Shown here: piece by piece, positions 1 to 10,032 of the stretch
How positions within the stretch are numbered: position 1 is the first letter of the stretch
Layout: every line of letters begins with the position of its first letter
Assembly: GCA_965277185.1 (NCBI GenBank)
Contig: CBDICC010000020.1
Location: forward strand, 63,145-127,144
DNA: 64,000 nt
Source: Cytophagales bacterium
GTDB lineage: Bacteria > Bacteroidota > Bacteroidia > Cytophagales > JAHDFW01
Reading direction: 5' to 3'
Position numbers and translations under genes: made by a program
Notes under the pieces: model-generated
What the model saw: only the letters and a program-made list of their open reading frames with translations
What the model was told of the DNA's origin: nothing
The model's database searches: none

Positions 1-21
1 ATTAATTAATGAATTAATGAA

Positions 22-690
22 TCACTCAATCAATTTTAATTTGCCTGTAATATCGTTTTTCAACTTAGATATGATCAACGTTTTCTTCTCTTCCAAATTC
101 CAGTTCCAATCCCATTCTTTGGATAGGTAAACTTTTCGAATTTCATATAGATCATTTTTTCCCACTGGAAGGTTCAATTCAAAACGATAAAACTCAATAC
201 CAGTCCAACTGTGGAAATAATGCATGGCGCGTGTTTTAGGGTCAAAATAAGCCTGCCATTTATCGTCCATTGAAAGAGACGTTTCCCCTAGTGTTAATAC
301 GTCCACTTCCGTTTTGGAAAGTTGAATATCCACCTCCATCAAATCCGCTGTTGTCGGATCAAGATATTGTGGATTATTCATGTCCTCTTTGGTGGATGGA
401 GTTAAGTTTCTTGATAAAACCTTGCCAGATCCAATGTGTTCGGTTTTTCTAAAATCAGAAAAACAAAATAGTTTAGAACCCTCTGGAATTTCTGAAAAGA
501 ATATTTTCTCATAAAATAATTGAGAATCAACCGATAAAAGATTGGATTCTAACGTGGCATTTTGGAAAATGCATCGAGCCGGTAATTGAGATCTATTTCC
601 CGTATCAAAATAGAGATACTGTTGTGAGAGCAGTTCTTGGATACGGCTCATTACCGCATCATCCAATTGAATTGTGATGCTTTCTTTCAA
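22..690 (-). CDS. hypothetical protein (222 aa). I found no recognisable motif. Start is ambiguous: TTG at 690 or in-frame ATG at 651.
   Basis: Six-frame ORF. It is co-directional with and immediately downstream of the DHFR-family gene. Codon 1 on the minus strand is TTG (plus-strand 688-690 is 'caa'), and the first ATG in frame is at residue 14. Confidence 0.4.
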   Translation of the reverse strand: MKESITIQLDDAVMSRIQELLSQQYLYFDTGNRSQLPARCIFQNATLESNLLSVDSQLFYEKIFFSEIPEGSKLFCFSDFRKTEHIGSGKVLSRNLTPSTKEDMNNPQYLDPTTADLMEVDIQLSKTEVDVLTLGETSLSMDDKWQAYFDPKTRAMHYFHSWTGIEFYRFELNLPVGKNDLYEIRKVYLSKEWDWNWNLEEKKTLIISKLKNDITGKLKLIE

Positions 691-717
691 GAAATAAGCT
701 CTTAACGATGTTAATAA

Positions 718-1266
718 TTAGTTAAGGTCTCTTTTTCGCACAAAATGATTCTGAACAACCTGATCTAAAAACACTTGTGAACCAGCTAATTCAAAATTCA
801 AAACCTCTGGCAATTCGGAAAACAACGAAAATCCTCCTCCTAGCAACATTGGCATCAACGTGATAATCATTTCGTCAATCAAATCTTCCTTTAGAAATCC
901 TTGAATGGTTCTGCCACCGTCGATGTACAATTTCCCGTATCCTTTTGCGTGAATCTCTTCCAATACCTCCTTCAAAGGCCCTTTTGCTAAAAATACCTTT
1001 CCGGCATATTCAGCAGGGATTTCTTTCAACGAGTTGCTCAGTACAAAAACGGGTTTGGTGTAAGGCCATTCTACATCGAATCCACACACCGTTTCAAAGG
1101 TCGTACGTCCCATGATAAGGGCGTCGATTCCTTCCGTAAATGCGGCATATCCCATGTCAATCTGATCTGGATTGGGAACGGCATAAAGCCAATCCAATCC
1201 GCCATTTTTGTCTGCGATACATCCATCCAGACTTGTAGCTATAAATACACAGTTCTTTTTCTCCAT
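718..1266 (-). CDS. dihydrofolate reductase family protein (RibD C-terminal-domain-like reductase)
   Basis: 182 aa with an ATG start. It has a Gly-rich Rossmann-like N-terminus 'VFIATSLDGCIA' and a C-terminal 'IDEMIITLMPMLLGGG' typical of the RibD_C/DHFR-like family. Confidence 0.65.
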   Translation of the reverse strand: MEKKNCVFIATSLDGCIADKNGGLDWLYAVPNPDQIDMGYAAFTEGIDALIMGRTTFETVCGFDVEWPYTKPVFVLSNSLKEIPAEYAGKVFLAKGPLKEVLEEIHAKGYGKLYIDGGRTIQGFLKEDLIDEMIITLMPMLLGGGFSLFSELPEVLNFELAGSQVFLDQVVQNHFVRKRDLN

Positions 1267-1335
1267 AAGACTTAAATTTAAGAGAAAAGTTCCTTTAACA
1301 AGCGATTTGAGTGAAAAAAAATATTTGAAAAAAGC

Positions 1336-1686
1336 CTACATGACACCTGGGCCGCGTCCTCCACAGAGCACATAGGTGATGTAAAGTGAGATGGTTAAGA
1401 ATGAAAGAATAAAAGGTGTAATAGCGATAATAGAAATGACTTTTCCTCCAAAAAACCACTTGTAAAGATGCTTCTTTCCAGCGGTACGGATGTGCAATAT
1501 CAATACATAATTTCCATACAAAAAGGCGATTAGGAAATACATCAAAACAATAAGAATGTAGGTTGGAGCTTCATTTAATCCGGATATAACAGACGTTAGC
1601 AATAATACAATGCCCAATGTGATTGAGAAAAAGTTGAACATGCATCGATTCAAATGTTCTTTTTCAATAAGCGAGTTAAGATTCAT
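1336..1686 (-). CDS. small integral membrane protein (hypothetical)
   Basis: The ORF 1336..1740 starts with TTG. The first ATG, at 1686, gives a protein of about 116 aa with 3-4 hydrophobic helices. Confidence 0.4.
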   Translation of the reverse strand: MNLNSLIEKEHLNRCMFNFFSITLGIVLLLTSVISGLNEAPTYILIVLMYFLIAFLYGNYVLILHIRTAGKKHLYKWFFGGKVISIIAITPFILSFLTISLYITYVLCGGRGPGVM

Positions 1687-1824
1687 TGTTTGAAAATGTT
1701 TGTATTGAATAATTGTGGCAAGAAGTCGGTATGGACGCAATTTTTATCCATACCAACTTAGTGCACTTTGTTAATTAGAGTTGTTGAACCCGTGATTTGT
1801 TTTGATTTAATTTGATTTAATTAT

Positions 1825-2310
1825 TTATTTTTTCAGCCCAGGATCAACAGGACGCGCAGGACGAACGGTGCGAACTGGACTAGCAGTAGGTGTCGGTTTT
1901 TTCTCATCTTCTTCTGACATGGATAGCGTCACACTATCCCGTACATTTTTCTGAACGGAGATTACACCAAACATGCTTAATAGAAATGCAAAGGCGTACA
2001 TCATTTTTTCAGATGGATCAATGGTCGCATTCCAAAGTCCAACCATCATCAATACCACTGACATGATGGTAAACATCCAGCTCACTCCATAATATAGATC
2101 GGTCACAGGAATTTTTTCTAGGCGATCTCTAACCGTTTTTTGGACGGAGATGGCAGAAAATAGCCCCAACATGAGAACAGTGAAATAGTACCCTTTTTCA
2201 TTAAGTTCCATTTCTTGAGATCTCCAAATAGCAACTAGAAATCCAATAACTCCGGCTCCAAGGGCTACCCAAGAAGCCATGATATACGCACCTGATGGTT
2301 TTTGATTCAT
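1825..2310 (-). CDS. YiaA/YiaB two-helix-domain inner membrane protein
   Basis: 161 aa. Two internally repeated hydrophobic two-helix modules ('WVALGAGVIGFLVAIWRS' and 'AFAFLLSMFGVISVQKNVRD') match the YiaAB architecture. It has an ATG start and a Pro/Arg-rich C-terminal tail. Confidence 0.55.
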   Translation of the reverse strand: MNQKPSGAYIMASWVALGAGVIGFLVAIWRSQEMELNEKGYYFTVLMLGLFSAISVQKTVRDRLEKIPVTDLYYGVSWMFTIMSVVLMMVGLWNATIDPSEKMMYAFAFLLSMFGVISVQKNVRDSVTLSMSEEDEKKPTPTASPVRTVRPARPVDPGLKK

Positions 2311-2591
2311 GACATTTATTTTTTGTGTGAATGAATTATATTAAAGTAACTGTGACAAATCTCAGGGTTTTGGGGCGACTACTAAAGCCACAATTATTAA
2401 AAAACGGATTTTTAATAATTGTTATAAAATGGAATTAAAATTAATTTATAGCATATTGTATTCGATATAACGGATTTTTAATTCTTGATTTAGTTTGGAA
2501 TTAATCGTGAAAACACGAATATGGTTTTATATGGGTAAATAATGGTATTTGCTTTATTGTTATGTAAAAAATAACTATAATTGTAATTAGC

Positions 2592-3572
2592 ATGCATACG
2601 TCGTACGCTATTAATACGTCATTTAACCAATTGCTTATGGAATCTCAAACGACTCAACATACAGAAGGAAAGAATAAACCATCGAGCAATGCTCCAAGTA
2701 GAAGTGTGAAATCTGATCGAGCGGCAATTCAACGTAAATCGGCGTCTCATTCTGGCGAATCTAGTCCTGTAGTTATTCCGGATTTTAGAACGAAGGCCGA
2801 TGGAAAAGCAGGTACAATTCAAATGAAATGGATTAGCAATGGCTCTGCGATTTTACGTTGGGATATTCCGGTAAAGGGGGTGATTTGGTTTTATGATGTG
2901 CGATCTAGAAAAATGTACTACCATAATCAAAGTGGACCGGCGATTTACAATGCGAACGAAGGAGTGAAAAACGGAAGACCACGATCCGAATGGTTGAAAA
3001 TGCGGGGAGGATCAGATCCTCTGAAACATCAAGATGCCAGAGTGGTACATGAAGATGAGGTATATACGGATTCAGATTCTGACTCCGATGATCCAACGCA
3101 CGATGGGGTTCGCTTAGTGGAGAAAGGAGGAAAGAAAAAAGATAAGGCTGAATTTGATCGATTGAGATTGATCCGTAGAAAACTATACGAAGATAAACGA
3201 GCTGATTTTAGCGGAGTCCCAGTAGAACATCGAAAGCCCGGAATGATTAAGGCATGGGTGAAAAAACAGATTCTCGGTAAAGTAAGAAGTAAGATTAAAG
3301 CAATTCATGAAAGTAATAATGGAATTACAGTGCGTTGTCATGAGGATACCGGGAAATCAGCGGGATTTCTTATCCAATGGTTTCAACAAACAAGACAATT
3401 TAAAATTGTGTTAGCCGGGGACGACCCAACATTGAGAAATGAACTACGAGCAGCGATTCTTCAATTACGACATGAGTTTCCCGGTTGGAGGATAACAGCA
3501 AAATTGAATGACCCAGTAGCCTTAGAAGATCATAAGCAAATGCATGCAAAGAAGAAAGAGTCGAGAAAATAA
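2592..3572 (+). CDS. hypothetical highly charged protein (326 aa), no signal peptide
   Basis: ATG start. It has a Lys/Arg/Asp-rich middle with a 'DSDSDSDD' tract and no recognisable catalytic motif. It is divergent from the yiaA-like gene across a 281-bp AT-rich spacer. Confidence 0.5.
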   Translation: MHTSYAINTSFNQLLMESQTTQHTEGKNKPSSNAPSRSVKSDRAAIQRKSASHSGESSPVVIPDFRTKADGKAGTIQMKWISNGSAILRWDIPVKGVIWFYDVRSRKMYYHNQSGPAIYNANEGVKNGRPRSEWLKMRGGSDPLKHQDARVVHEDEVYTDSDSDSDDPTHDGVRLVEKGGKKKDKAEFDRLRLIRRKLYEDKRADFSGVPVEHRKPGMIKAWVKKQILGKVRSKIKAIHESNNGITVRCHEDTGKSAGFLIQWFQQTRQFKIVLAGDDPTLRNELRAAILQLRHEFPGWRITAKLNDPVALEDHKQMHAKKKESRK

Positions 3573-3599
3573 ATGCGCTTTAATCGACGGGATGTGAAA

Positions 3600-3636
3600 T
3601 TAAAAAAAAGATGTCCCTTCTTTTCTTAAAAGGGAG
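3600..3636 (-). terminator. rho-independent terminator candidate for the 3643..8358 gene (also a hairpin downstream of 2592..3572)
   Basis: Hairpin tccctt(3614-3619)/aaggga(3630-3635) with an A8 run at 3602-3609. On the minus strand this reads as a stem-loop followed by CATCTTTTTTTT, 7 nt after the stop at 3643. Confidence 0.4.
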
Positions 3637-3642
3637 AATGAG

Positions 3643-6600
3643 CTATTCTCGAATTTCCAACCAACCTTTATAACCTTTCTGTAAATCTCCTTCTTCATGA
3701 ACTGGCCAGAATTCATAATAATAAACGCCATCTAAAAGATCTTGACCAGTAAAGTCATTTTGATAAGACTCATTTTGATAAACGAGTACTCCCCAGCGGT
3801 TAAAGATTTTTAATATTCCACCTGTCCGAAATCCAGTCAGGATAAAGAATTCATTTTGACCATCTCCGTTTGGTGTGATGATATTGGGAATTGTACGAGT
3901 AGGATCTACAATCACTAAAATAGAATCCAACGCTGTACATCCGTTTAAAGAAGTGGTTTCAATATAATACCAATTATTAGAGTCAGGCGAAACGGTAATG
4001 TTTTGGGTAACTTCTCCGGTGTTCCAAAGGTAATTTTGCTCTAGGGTAGAAGTTAGCGTCGTTTGTTCTCCAAAATGAATTGCAGAATCTCCGGTAATAA
4101 GAGGGGTTGGCAGTGGTAATATGACCACATATTGTGAATCGGTAAAAGAACATCCAAATGCATTTGTCACAACCACGGTATAGGTTTGATTGGAATCTGA
4201 ATGGATATCAACGATAGAATTGGTGTCTCCGCTATGCCACAAATAAAAATTGTCTCCTGTCATGTTTAACGTAGCGAATGATCCAGTACAAATTGAATCA
4301 GGTCCGGAAATAGAGTCTACTGCTGTAGAGAACACGGATATAGTAGTAGAAGCCTGTCCAAAACAGCCGTTGCTATCTAAGCCAGTAAGGATGTAATTGA
4401 AGGAAGATCCTGGCGAGACTTGGATAGACGATGTCGTATCTCCTGTTGACCAAGAATAGGATGAAGAACCAGATCCAGTTAAAACGGTAGTGTCACCAAG
4501 ACAAATAGAACTAGAAGGGGCAACGGAAATGGAAGGATTAATAACGGTATACGTCCAAACTTGTACCGTATCTGAATCAAAGCAACCAAAACCATTGTCG
4601 GCTTGTACAATATAGGTTTGATTTGAATTCTGAGCTAGGCTAAAGGAAGCAGTGTTTTGCCCAGAGTTCCAACTATAGTTTGTTGCCCCGAGTGCCGTTA
4701 AAGTAATGTTATCGCCAGGACATACAGTATCTTCAGAAACAGAAGCTTGCACTATTGGGTATTCATGAAATGTGACCGCTATGGAGTCTACTAATGGAGG
4801 ACATTGATTCATAGAATCTGAAACAGATACGATGAAATTAGTAGAACTAGAAGGGTGTCCTGAAGTAGTTGCGGCGAGAGAATCGATTAATTCAATTCCT
4901 GGTGACCAATTATAAACAACTGGATCTACTATAAGGCTTGAAGAGGCAAACTCCCATGCTTCAAAATTCGTATTCCAATGGACGGAATTTCGGTTAAGAG
5001 GAGTATACCCAATGCTGCCATCTTCATTTTCAATTCCCAATGTCTTTGCCGTAGGAAAAAAAGAAGGGGAAACATTTTCTACATGAATTTCAATATTATT
5101 TGTTGATTCAATAAGCCAAATAGATCCGTTTATTGAGAAGAATTGATTGTCGCTAACAATATTGTCAAATCGCACCATGAAAATACGATTTCCCGGAGTA
5201 CCAATCGTTCTGTACTCAATAAGACCAAAAAGGATAGGGTTTAAATCAGTCCAACAAAGTGCGATCAGGTTGTTGGGAGAGGCAGCATCAGGAATAAACT
5301 GAGTAGGAAATGCCCCCGCGGTTAATCCGTCAAAAGATATAAATCCTTCTGAGCTGATATTAACAGTATTATACGTGTTACAAAAGAATCCAAAATCAAA
5401 TCCAATAGGTACACTTGTTTGGACACAGTCGTTGCAATTTGAGACGGTAGAATTATTCCATGCCGTTAACGGAAGACTTGCAGGAGGTGGAGTTTCGGTG
5501 TATGGAATTGAATTGATTTGATAGTCATTACATAGTACGTCCTCGTAAGCAAGGGCGCTAAGAATAACAGAGTCGCCTGCACAAATATCCAAATCTTGTG
5601 ATATAGATAGTTGACTTGGAAAGGGAACAACGGTAACCATTGTTTGGGTTGAATCTACACAACCATATCCACTATCTGCGATCAAGGTGAAATTTAAGGA
5701 TTTTGTGGGGTCATGGGTAAGTGAACTGCCTGTGCTATTCGAATTTTCAAAATTCCATGAATAGGAAATGCCTCCGGTTCCGTTTAACGTAACACTTTCT
5801 CCTAAACAAATGGTGTCATCCGATAAGGTGATTTGTGGGATAGCATTAGGGGTAACTTCGATGAAGATGCTGTCGTAGAGATGGAAACAACGGTCGGAAC
5901 TATCGGTGATCGCTAAATTATATTGAACGTTTTCTAACGGTTTTGTCCCGGTCGGATTTAAAGAGCTATCGGCAAGATAATCGCTTGGAGACCATGTATA
6001 ATGTGCATTGGAAACGGGAGAAAGTAAATCTTCATAGAATCGATAAGCCGAAAGGGACCTACTCCAATTACTTTGATTGAATCCAATAGGAGAGGTGGCG
6101 TATTGACCTGTTTTGTTTTCAACTCCCAACGTTCGGGTCGTAGTTCCATTAAAGTCGATAACTTGTTCGATGTGTAATTCAATTGAATTGTCTATTTCCT
6201 TAAGGTGGATTTCTCCGGAGAAAATAGTACCAAAAAAACCGCCGCTTGAACGGTCATATCGAATGATGAAAGTTTGGTCTCCAGGGGTTCCTTCTAGGCG
6301 ATAGCGAATATTAGGTCCGACGGTGAAACCGATCTGAAGATTTGCCCAAAACAAAGCAATAAGATTATTTGGAGCTGAAGCATTAGGTAGGAATTGAGGA
6401 ATTGGCTCCGCGTTTGTTTGCGGATCAAATGAAACCCAGCCATTAGAAGAGATGTTGATTTCATTATAAGATTCACAATAAAAAGTAAAGTCAAATCCTA
6501 TTGGAACATTGGAATCAATACAATCAACACAATTGGAGGTAGTGGAGCCGATCCATCCGGCCTGTCCAACAAATGGATCGAAAGGGATTTCTTCAACCTG

Positions 6601-8358
6601 ATACACATTGCAAAGTGCCGAATCTAGGAAATAAGTTTTTGCTTCCAATGTGATTGAATCTCCACGACACAAATGCATGGAATCTTCCAAATCGATAAAA
6701 TTAATGTGTTGAGCTACGTAAAAATCGATGTTATTTGGTACAACACAACCTGTATTTACATTCAGGACATGCGATACAATATTCTGGCTTTCGGTTAAGA
6801 TAGCTGAAGTAGAGGCCAAGGTGTCATTTGCGATCAATGAAGCGGGATACCAATTGTATTTATATGTTCCAGTATCCGACGGGACTATATTTAGCAACAC
6901 AGTATCTTCAAAACAAATCTCTGTCCCTATGGAATCAATGGAAGTTGAAAATCCTGGAACTACTTTTACCGTGACGGTATCTTTATTGGAGCAAGCAGGA
7001 TCTGTATCACTAGTTACTTCATACACCGTTAATGTGTCAGGAGTTGGAATGGGGTTGGCACATGGATTACAAGAAAAATTGGTTCCAACAATTATGGAAT
7101 CACCCTCAATTGCTCTCCAAGTAAAAACACTTCCTCCTAGTGCATCTAGTTGGGCAGAAATTCCACCGGGGCAAAAAATTTCCTGATCTTCATTAACTCG
7201 GGTAGAAGAGACAAAATTAATGGTATAAGTATATACTTGTGTGGTATAAACATCACACCCATCATCACTGACAGTAACCGTAAACGACTTTGAACCACTA
7301 AAGTTGGATGAATCCAAATGAATGAAAATTCGTGCTGGATTTCCTGATACCGAAGTATAAGTGGCACCTGAAATAACCAGATTTACATTACTTTGAATGC
7401 TTACCTGATCGCTTCCATCTGGATCTTGATATCCAATTTCAAAGTTGACACTATTTTTGTTACAGAGATCGATTGAATTAGGTCCAGTAATGGTTCCAGC
7501 ATCATTGTTTTGAATCCCTGTGGTTGTACTTGGTTGACTATTAGAACATGCCCGAATGATCATTTGTAAATCGCGCGTTACAAATCCGATGAGTACACCA
7601 TCTCGATATTCCTCTACTTTGATGGCCGTTACGGCAACTTGAGGGGAACTTGGTTCGAACGTCATTTCACCAGTGGTAGAATCAAAAGTGTTGAATCCAC
7701 GATTGTCGATAATTGGATAGGTAGCAGTATTTGGCGCATTAAAAGAAACAGTACCCCCTACACCGGTCAACGGTGTAACAAGGGAAAAAACCAGTGAATC
7801 ACCATCCTGATCCAGTCCGCCATGATTGAAATTAAACGAAAGACCACTGCATGCATATACCAATGGGATGGTGGTAAAAACGGGAGAATTGTTGATTAAT
7901 GTGGAATCTAAGTTGTTGAGCATGGCTTCTACATACATACAAGAATTACCGGGATTATCGATGTTCGTTATCATTGCATTTCGAGCACAATCCTGATAAC
8001 TTAAAATCCAATCGGAACATCCTTGAGGCAGCTCGTAGATCAGGCTATAAGTGAATTCTTGAACCCCAGGAAGGTTCCCACTGTTACAACTACTATTGAT
8101 TATTTGAGAGGGACATAATTGTGAAACTTCACGCGAGGAATCTATATTTAGTTGAATCTCTTGATCAAATCCGCAGTTAACAGAACTCAATTCTATAAAG
8201 GCAGCAGTACCAAGATCAACCCCTTCGCAATCCCGATAAAGTTTAAGGACGAACTTAAAAGAATCACCCTGAATGTGGGTATAATACAGATCAATCGCTG
8301 TAAGGTGGGAAGCATTGGCTTTTTTCAAGCTGGAAATGCTTACAACCAAAAACAACAA
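3643..8358 (-). CDS. giant T9SS type-B (gliding-motility-associated C-terminal domain) cell-surface/adhesin-like protein, 1571 aa
   Basis: The C-terminus 'PNIITPNGDGQNEFFI...IFNRWGVLVY...GVYYYEF' matches the T9SS type-B sorting domain. Two internally duplicated modules ('SNCVDCIDSNVPIGFDFTFYCESYNEINISSNGWVSFD' and 'SNCNDCVQTSVPIGFDFGFFCNTYNTVNISSEGFISFD') and multiple Ig-like Ser/Thr-rich repeats are present. The ORF-track start is TTG at 8358 and there is no upstream in-frame ATG. Confidence 0.8.
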   Translation of the reverse strand: MLFLVVSISSLKKANASHLTAIDLYYTHIQGDSFKFVLKLYRDCEGVDLGTAAFIELSSVNCGFDQEIQLNIDSSREVSQLCPSQIINSSCNSGNLPGVQEFTYSLIYELPQGCSDWILSYQDCARNAMITNIDNPGNSCMYVEAMLNNLDSTLINNSPVFTTIPLVYACSGLSFNFNHGGLDQDGDSLVFSLVTPLTGVGGTVSFNAPNTATYPIIDNRGFNTFDSTTGEMTFEPSSPQVAVTAIKVEEYRDGVLIGFVTRDLQMIIRACSNSQPSTTTGIQNNDAGTITGPNSIDLCNKNSVNFEIGYQDPDGSDQVSIQSNVNLVISGATYTSVSGNPARIFIHLDSSNFSGSKSFTVTVSDDGCDVYTTQVYTYTINFVSSTRVNEDQEIFCPGGISAQLDALGGSVFTWRAIEGDSIIVGTNFSCNPCANPIPTPDTLTVYEVTSDTDPACSNKDTVTVKVVPGFSTSIDSIGTEICFEDTVLLNIVPSDTGTYKYNWYPASLIANDTLASTSAILTESQNIVSHVLNVNTGCVVPNNIDFYVAQHINFIDLEDSMHLCRGDSITLEAKTYFLDSALCNVYQVEEIPFDPFVGQAGWIGSTTSNCVDCIDSNVPIGFDFTFYCESYNEINISSNGWVSFDPQTNAEPIPQFLPNASAPNNLIALFWANLQIGFTVGPNIRYRLEGTPGDQTFIIRYDRSSGGFFGTIFSGEIHLKEIDNSIELHIEQVIDFNGTTTRTLGVENKTGQYATSPIGFNQSNWSRSLSAYRFYEDLLSPVSNAHYTWSPSDYLADSSLNPTGTKPLENVQYNLAITDSSDRCFHLYDSIFIEVTPNAIPQITLSDDTICLGESVTLNGTGGISYSWNFENSNSTGSSLTHDPTKSLNFTLIADSGYGCVDSTQTMVTVVPFPSQLSISQDLDICAGDSVILSALAYEDVLCNDYQINSIPYTETPPPASLPLTAWNNSTVSNCNDCVQTSVPIGFDFGFFCNTYNTVNISSEGFISFDGLTAGAFPTQFIPDAASPNNLIALCWTDLNPILFGLIEYRTIGTPGNRIFMVRFDNIVSDNQFFSINGSIWLIESTNNIEIHVENVSPSFFPTAKTLGIENEDGSIGYTPLNRNSVHWNTNFEAWEFASSSLIVDPVVYNWSPGIELIDSLAATTSGHPSSSTNFIVSVSDSMNQCPPLVDSIAVTFHEYPIVQASVSEDTVCPGDNITLTALGATNYSWNSGQNTASFSLAQNSNQTYIVQADNGFGCFDSDTVQVWTYTVINPSISVAPSSSICLGDTTVLTGSGSSSYSWSTGDTTSSIQVSPGSSFNYILTGLDSNGCFGQASTTISVFSTAVDSISGPDSICTGSFATLNMTGDNFYLWHSGDTNSIVDIHSDSNQTYTVVVTNAFGCSFTDSQYVVILPLPTPLITGDSAIHFGEQTTLTSTLEQNYLWNTGEVTQNITVSPDSNNWYYIETTSLNGCTALDSILVIVDPTRTIPNIITPNGDGQNEFFILTGFRTGGILKIFNRWGVLVYQNESYQNDFTGQDLLDGVYYYEFWPVHEEGDLQKGYKGWLEIRE

Positions 8359-8501
8359 TAAGAATAATCTGTAATGTTTGATAGTTGAAGTTTTAAAATG
8401 GGATCATTAATCGAACTATGCAATATAATCAAAAATGTAGATAGCTTAATATTTAAGGAGTACTACAACTTTGATACATGGGAAAGTTTATTCGTTTGAG
8501 G

Positions 8502-9449
8502 CTAATTCCAATCAAGATGTTTTCGCTCCGTCCAATACTCCTCTGGCTTAACCATTAAACCTTTTAATAAATCAATATCATGGGCACTTAATTCAAAGTT
8601 CAATGCTTTTCGATTATTGTCCAATTGGTTACTTTCCGAAGAGCCACTCAAAATCATACTAGGTTGTAGCGAGTCTTCCACAAATCGAAGTGCGATTGCA
8701 TCAAGTCCTACCTGATACTTTTTTGAAAGCTTTTCCAATAGGTTATAAGCGGATTGATAATTTGAATATTGATCATTTCGAAAAACCCGACCATTGGCCA
8801 ATGCTTCTTTGATGATCAGATATTTTCCTTGTAAAGCATCTTTTAATTGATGTAAGCGTTGTTCAAATATGTTATATGTTACCTGAAAACCATCAAAAAG
8901 TGCTTCGTTGTCAATGTGGATGTCCATTGCAGCTAAAATCACTTCATTTTGATGTGGCCCTGTTGAAGAAAGTCCAATTTTGATATTGTGCTGCTTTTTT
9001 AGTTCATAAAGACGTAGAAGAACAGCTTCATTGATTAAAACGCCAGAATCAAATGTGGCAGAATGAATTTGATAGAAATTCAAATAAGGAAGAAAAGCAC
9101 TTGATTGTTCCCATTGCTCGTTGAGCTTGGCAAGAGAATGTTCTTTGATTTCATGTTTAGTAGCTTTTGGGTCAAAATTCGCGACATAAGTATATCCCCA
9201 TTTTGTAGAGATAGAAATGTCTTTATTCCCACTTTCTTCCAGCCATTCTAATAGAATGGTTTCTGCAATTCCATAGCCTGGAGCCGTATCAAAATGACGA
9301 ATACCCTGATTATAGGCATCGGATAATAGAAGTTTGCCTTTTTCCTTAAAAGTATTCAATGAAAATGGCTGATCCGAAGGGTTTCCGTCTTTTCGAATGT
9401 TGATATAATGGGGACGCCCAATGGCCGCGGTACCTAATCCTATGTTCAT
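8502..9449 (-). CDS. aldo/keto reductase family oxidoreductase
   Basis: 315 aa with an ATG start. AKR-like motifs include 'FDTAPGYG' and a TIM-barrel pattern 'LSSTGPHQ'. Confidence 0.7.
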   Translation of the reverse strand: MNIGLGTAAIGRPHYINIRKDGNPSDQPFSLNTFKEKGKLLLSDAYNQGIRHFDTAPGYGIAETILLEWLEESGNKDISISTKWGYTYVANFDPKATKHEIKEHSLAKLNEQWEQSSAFLPYLNFYQIHSATFDSGVLINEAVLLRLYELKKQHNIKIGLSSTGPHQNEVILAAMDIHIDNEALFDGFQVTYNIFEQRLHQLKDALQGKYLIIKEALANGRVFRNDQYSNYQSAYNLLEKLSKKYQVGLDAIALRFVEDSLQPSMILSGSSESNQLDNNRKALNFELSAHDIDLLKGLMVKPEEYWTERKHLDWN

Positions 9450-9516
9450 TTATCCTTGCTTTACGTATTGGTTAGAATTTCACTCCAAAGATAAGCACAA
9501 CGTATTATCCGGAAGT

Positions 9517-10032
9517 TTATATTTTCAACGATTGCACTTTGTCCATATTCAACTTACTCGAGAATCTTTCTTGTAACAGGGTTAATTTAGGGTGAATATA
9601 CGTTTGACAAAAAGAGGCCTCCGGTCTGGTGTATAAATAATTTAGATACGTTTCTTTATTTAGTTTGAAATCCTGAAACATCAATGTTTGTGTTACAATG
9701 TCGTGTTCAAAATCGTTCTGAAGCAAACGAATAATCAATTCACAGTGGTTTTTTTGTTCTTTTGAATACGCATACACAGCGGATCGATATTTTTGACGCA
9801 TCGAGTGATTCGAAGTACTGGAATGAGTGTATAGGTGAATTTCGATCAAATCTTTTAATGAAATAATTGAAGTGTCGAAATGTACAATCACAGCCTCAGA
9901 AAACGGTCGGTTTTCTCCTTGTGAAGCGATCCATCCTTGTTCGACTTTGTCTATTCCTAATAAAGATTGAAAAACGCCCTCCGTACACCAATGGCATCCA
10001 CCACCAAATCCTATTTTTTCAAAATTAGCCAA
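9517..10032 (-). CDS. divergent MsrA-family (peptide methionine sulfoxide reductase A-like) paralog
   Basis: N-terminal 'FGGGCHWCTEGVF' is a His variant of the MsrA 'GCFWC/GCFWG' active-site motif. The core aligns with the canonical MsrA at 13348..13878 ('VIVHFDTSIISLKDLIEIHLYTHSSTS..KYRSAVY' against 'VVQVTFDADIISLQDLITIFMTSHDPTT..QYRSVIY'). TTG start at 10032 overlaps the thioredoxin stop by 8 nt. Confidence 0.6.
   Translation of the reverse strand: MANFEKIGFGGGCHWCTEGVFQSLLGIDKVEQGWIASQGENRPFSEAVIVHFDTSIISLKDLIEIHLYTHSSTSNHSMRQKYRSAVYAYSKEQKNHCELIIRLLQNDFEHDIVTQTLMFQDFKLNKETYLNYLYTRPEASFCQTYIHPKLTLLQERFSSKLNMDKVQSLKI

Noticed and set aside
5958-7367. Several 60-150-aa ORFs (5958..6182, 6113..6304, 6294..6494, 6728..7186, 7146..7367) inside or antisense to the 1571-aa T9SS gene
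   Set aside because: They are fully embedded in a long ORF that has a clear T9SS CTD and domain repeats. They have no independent support and show the codon composition expected of shadow ORFs.
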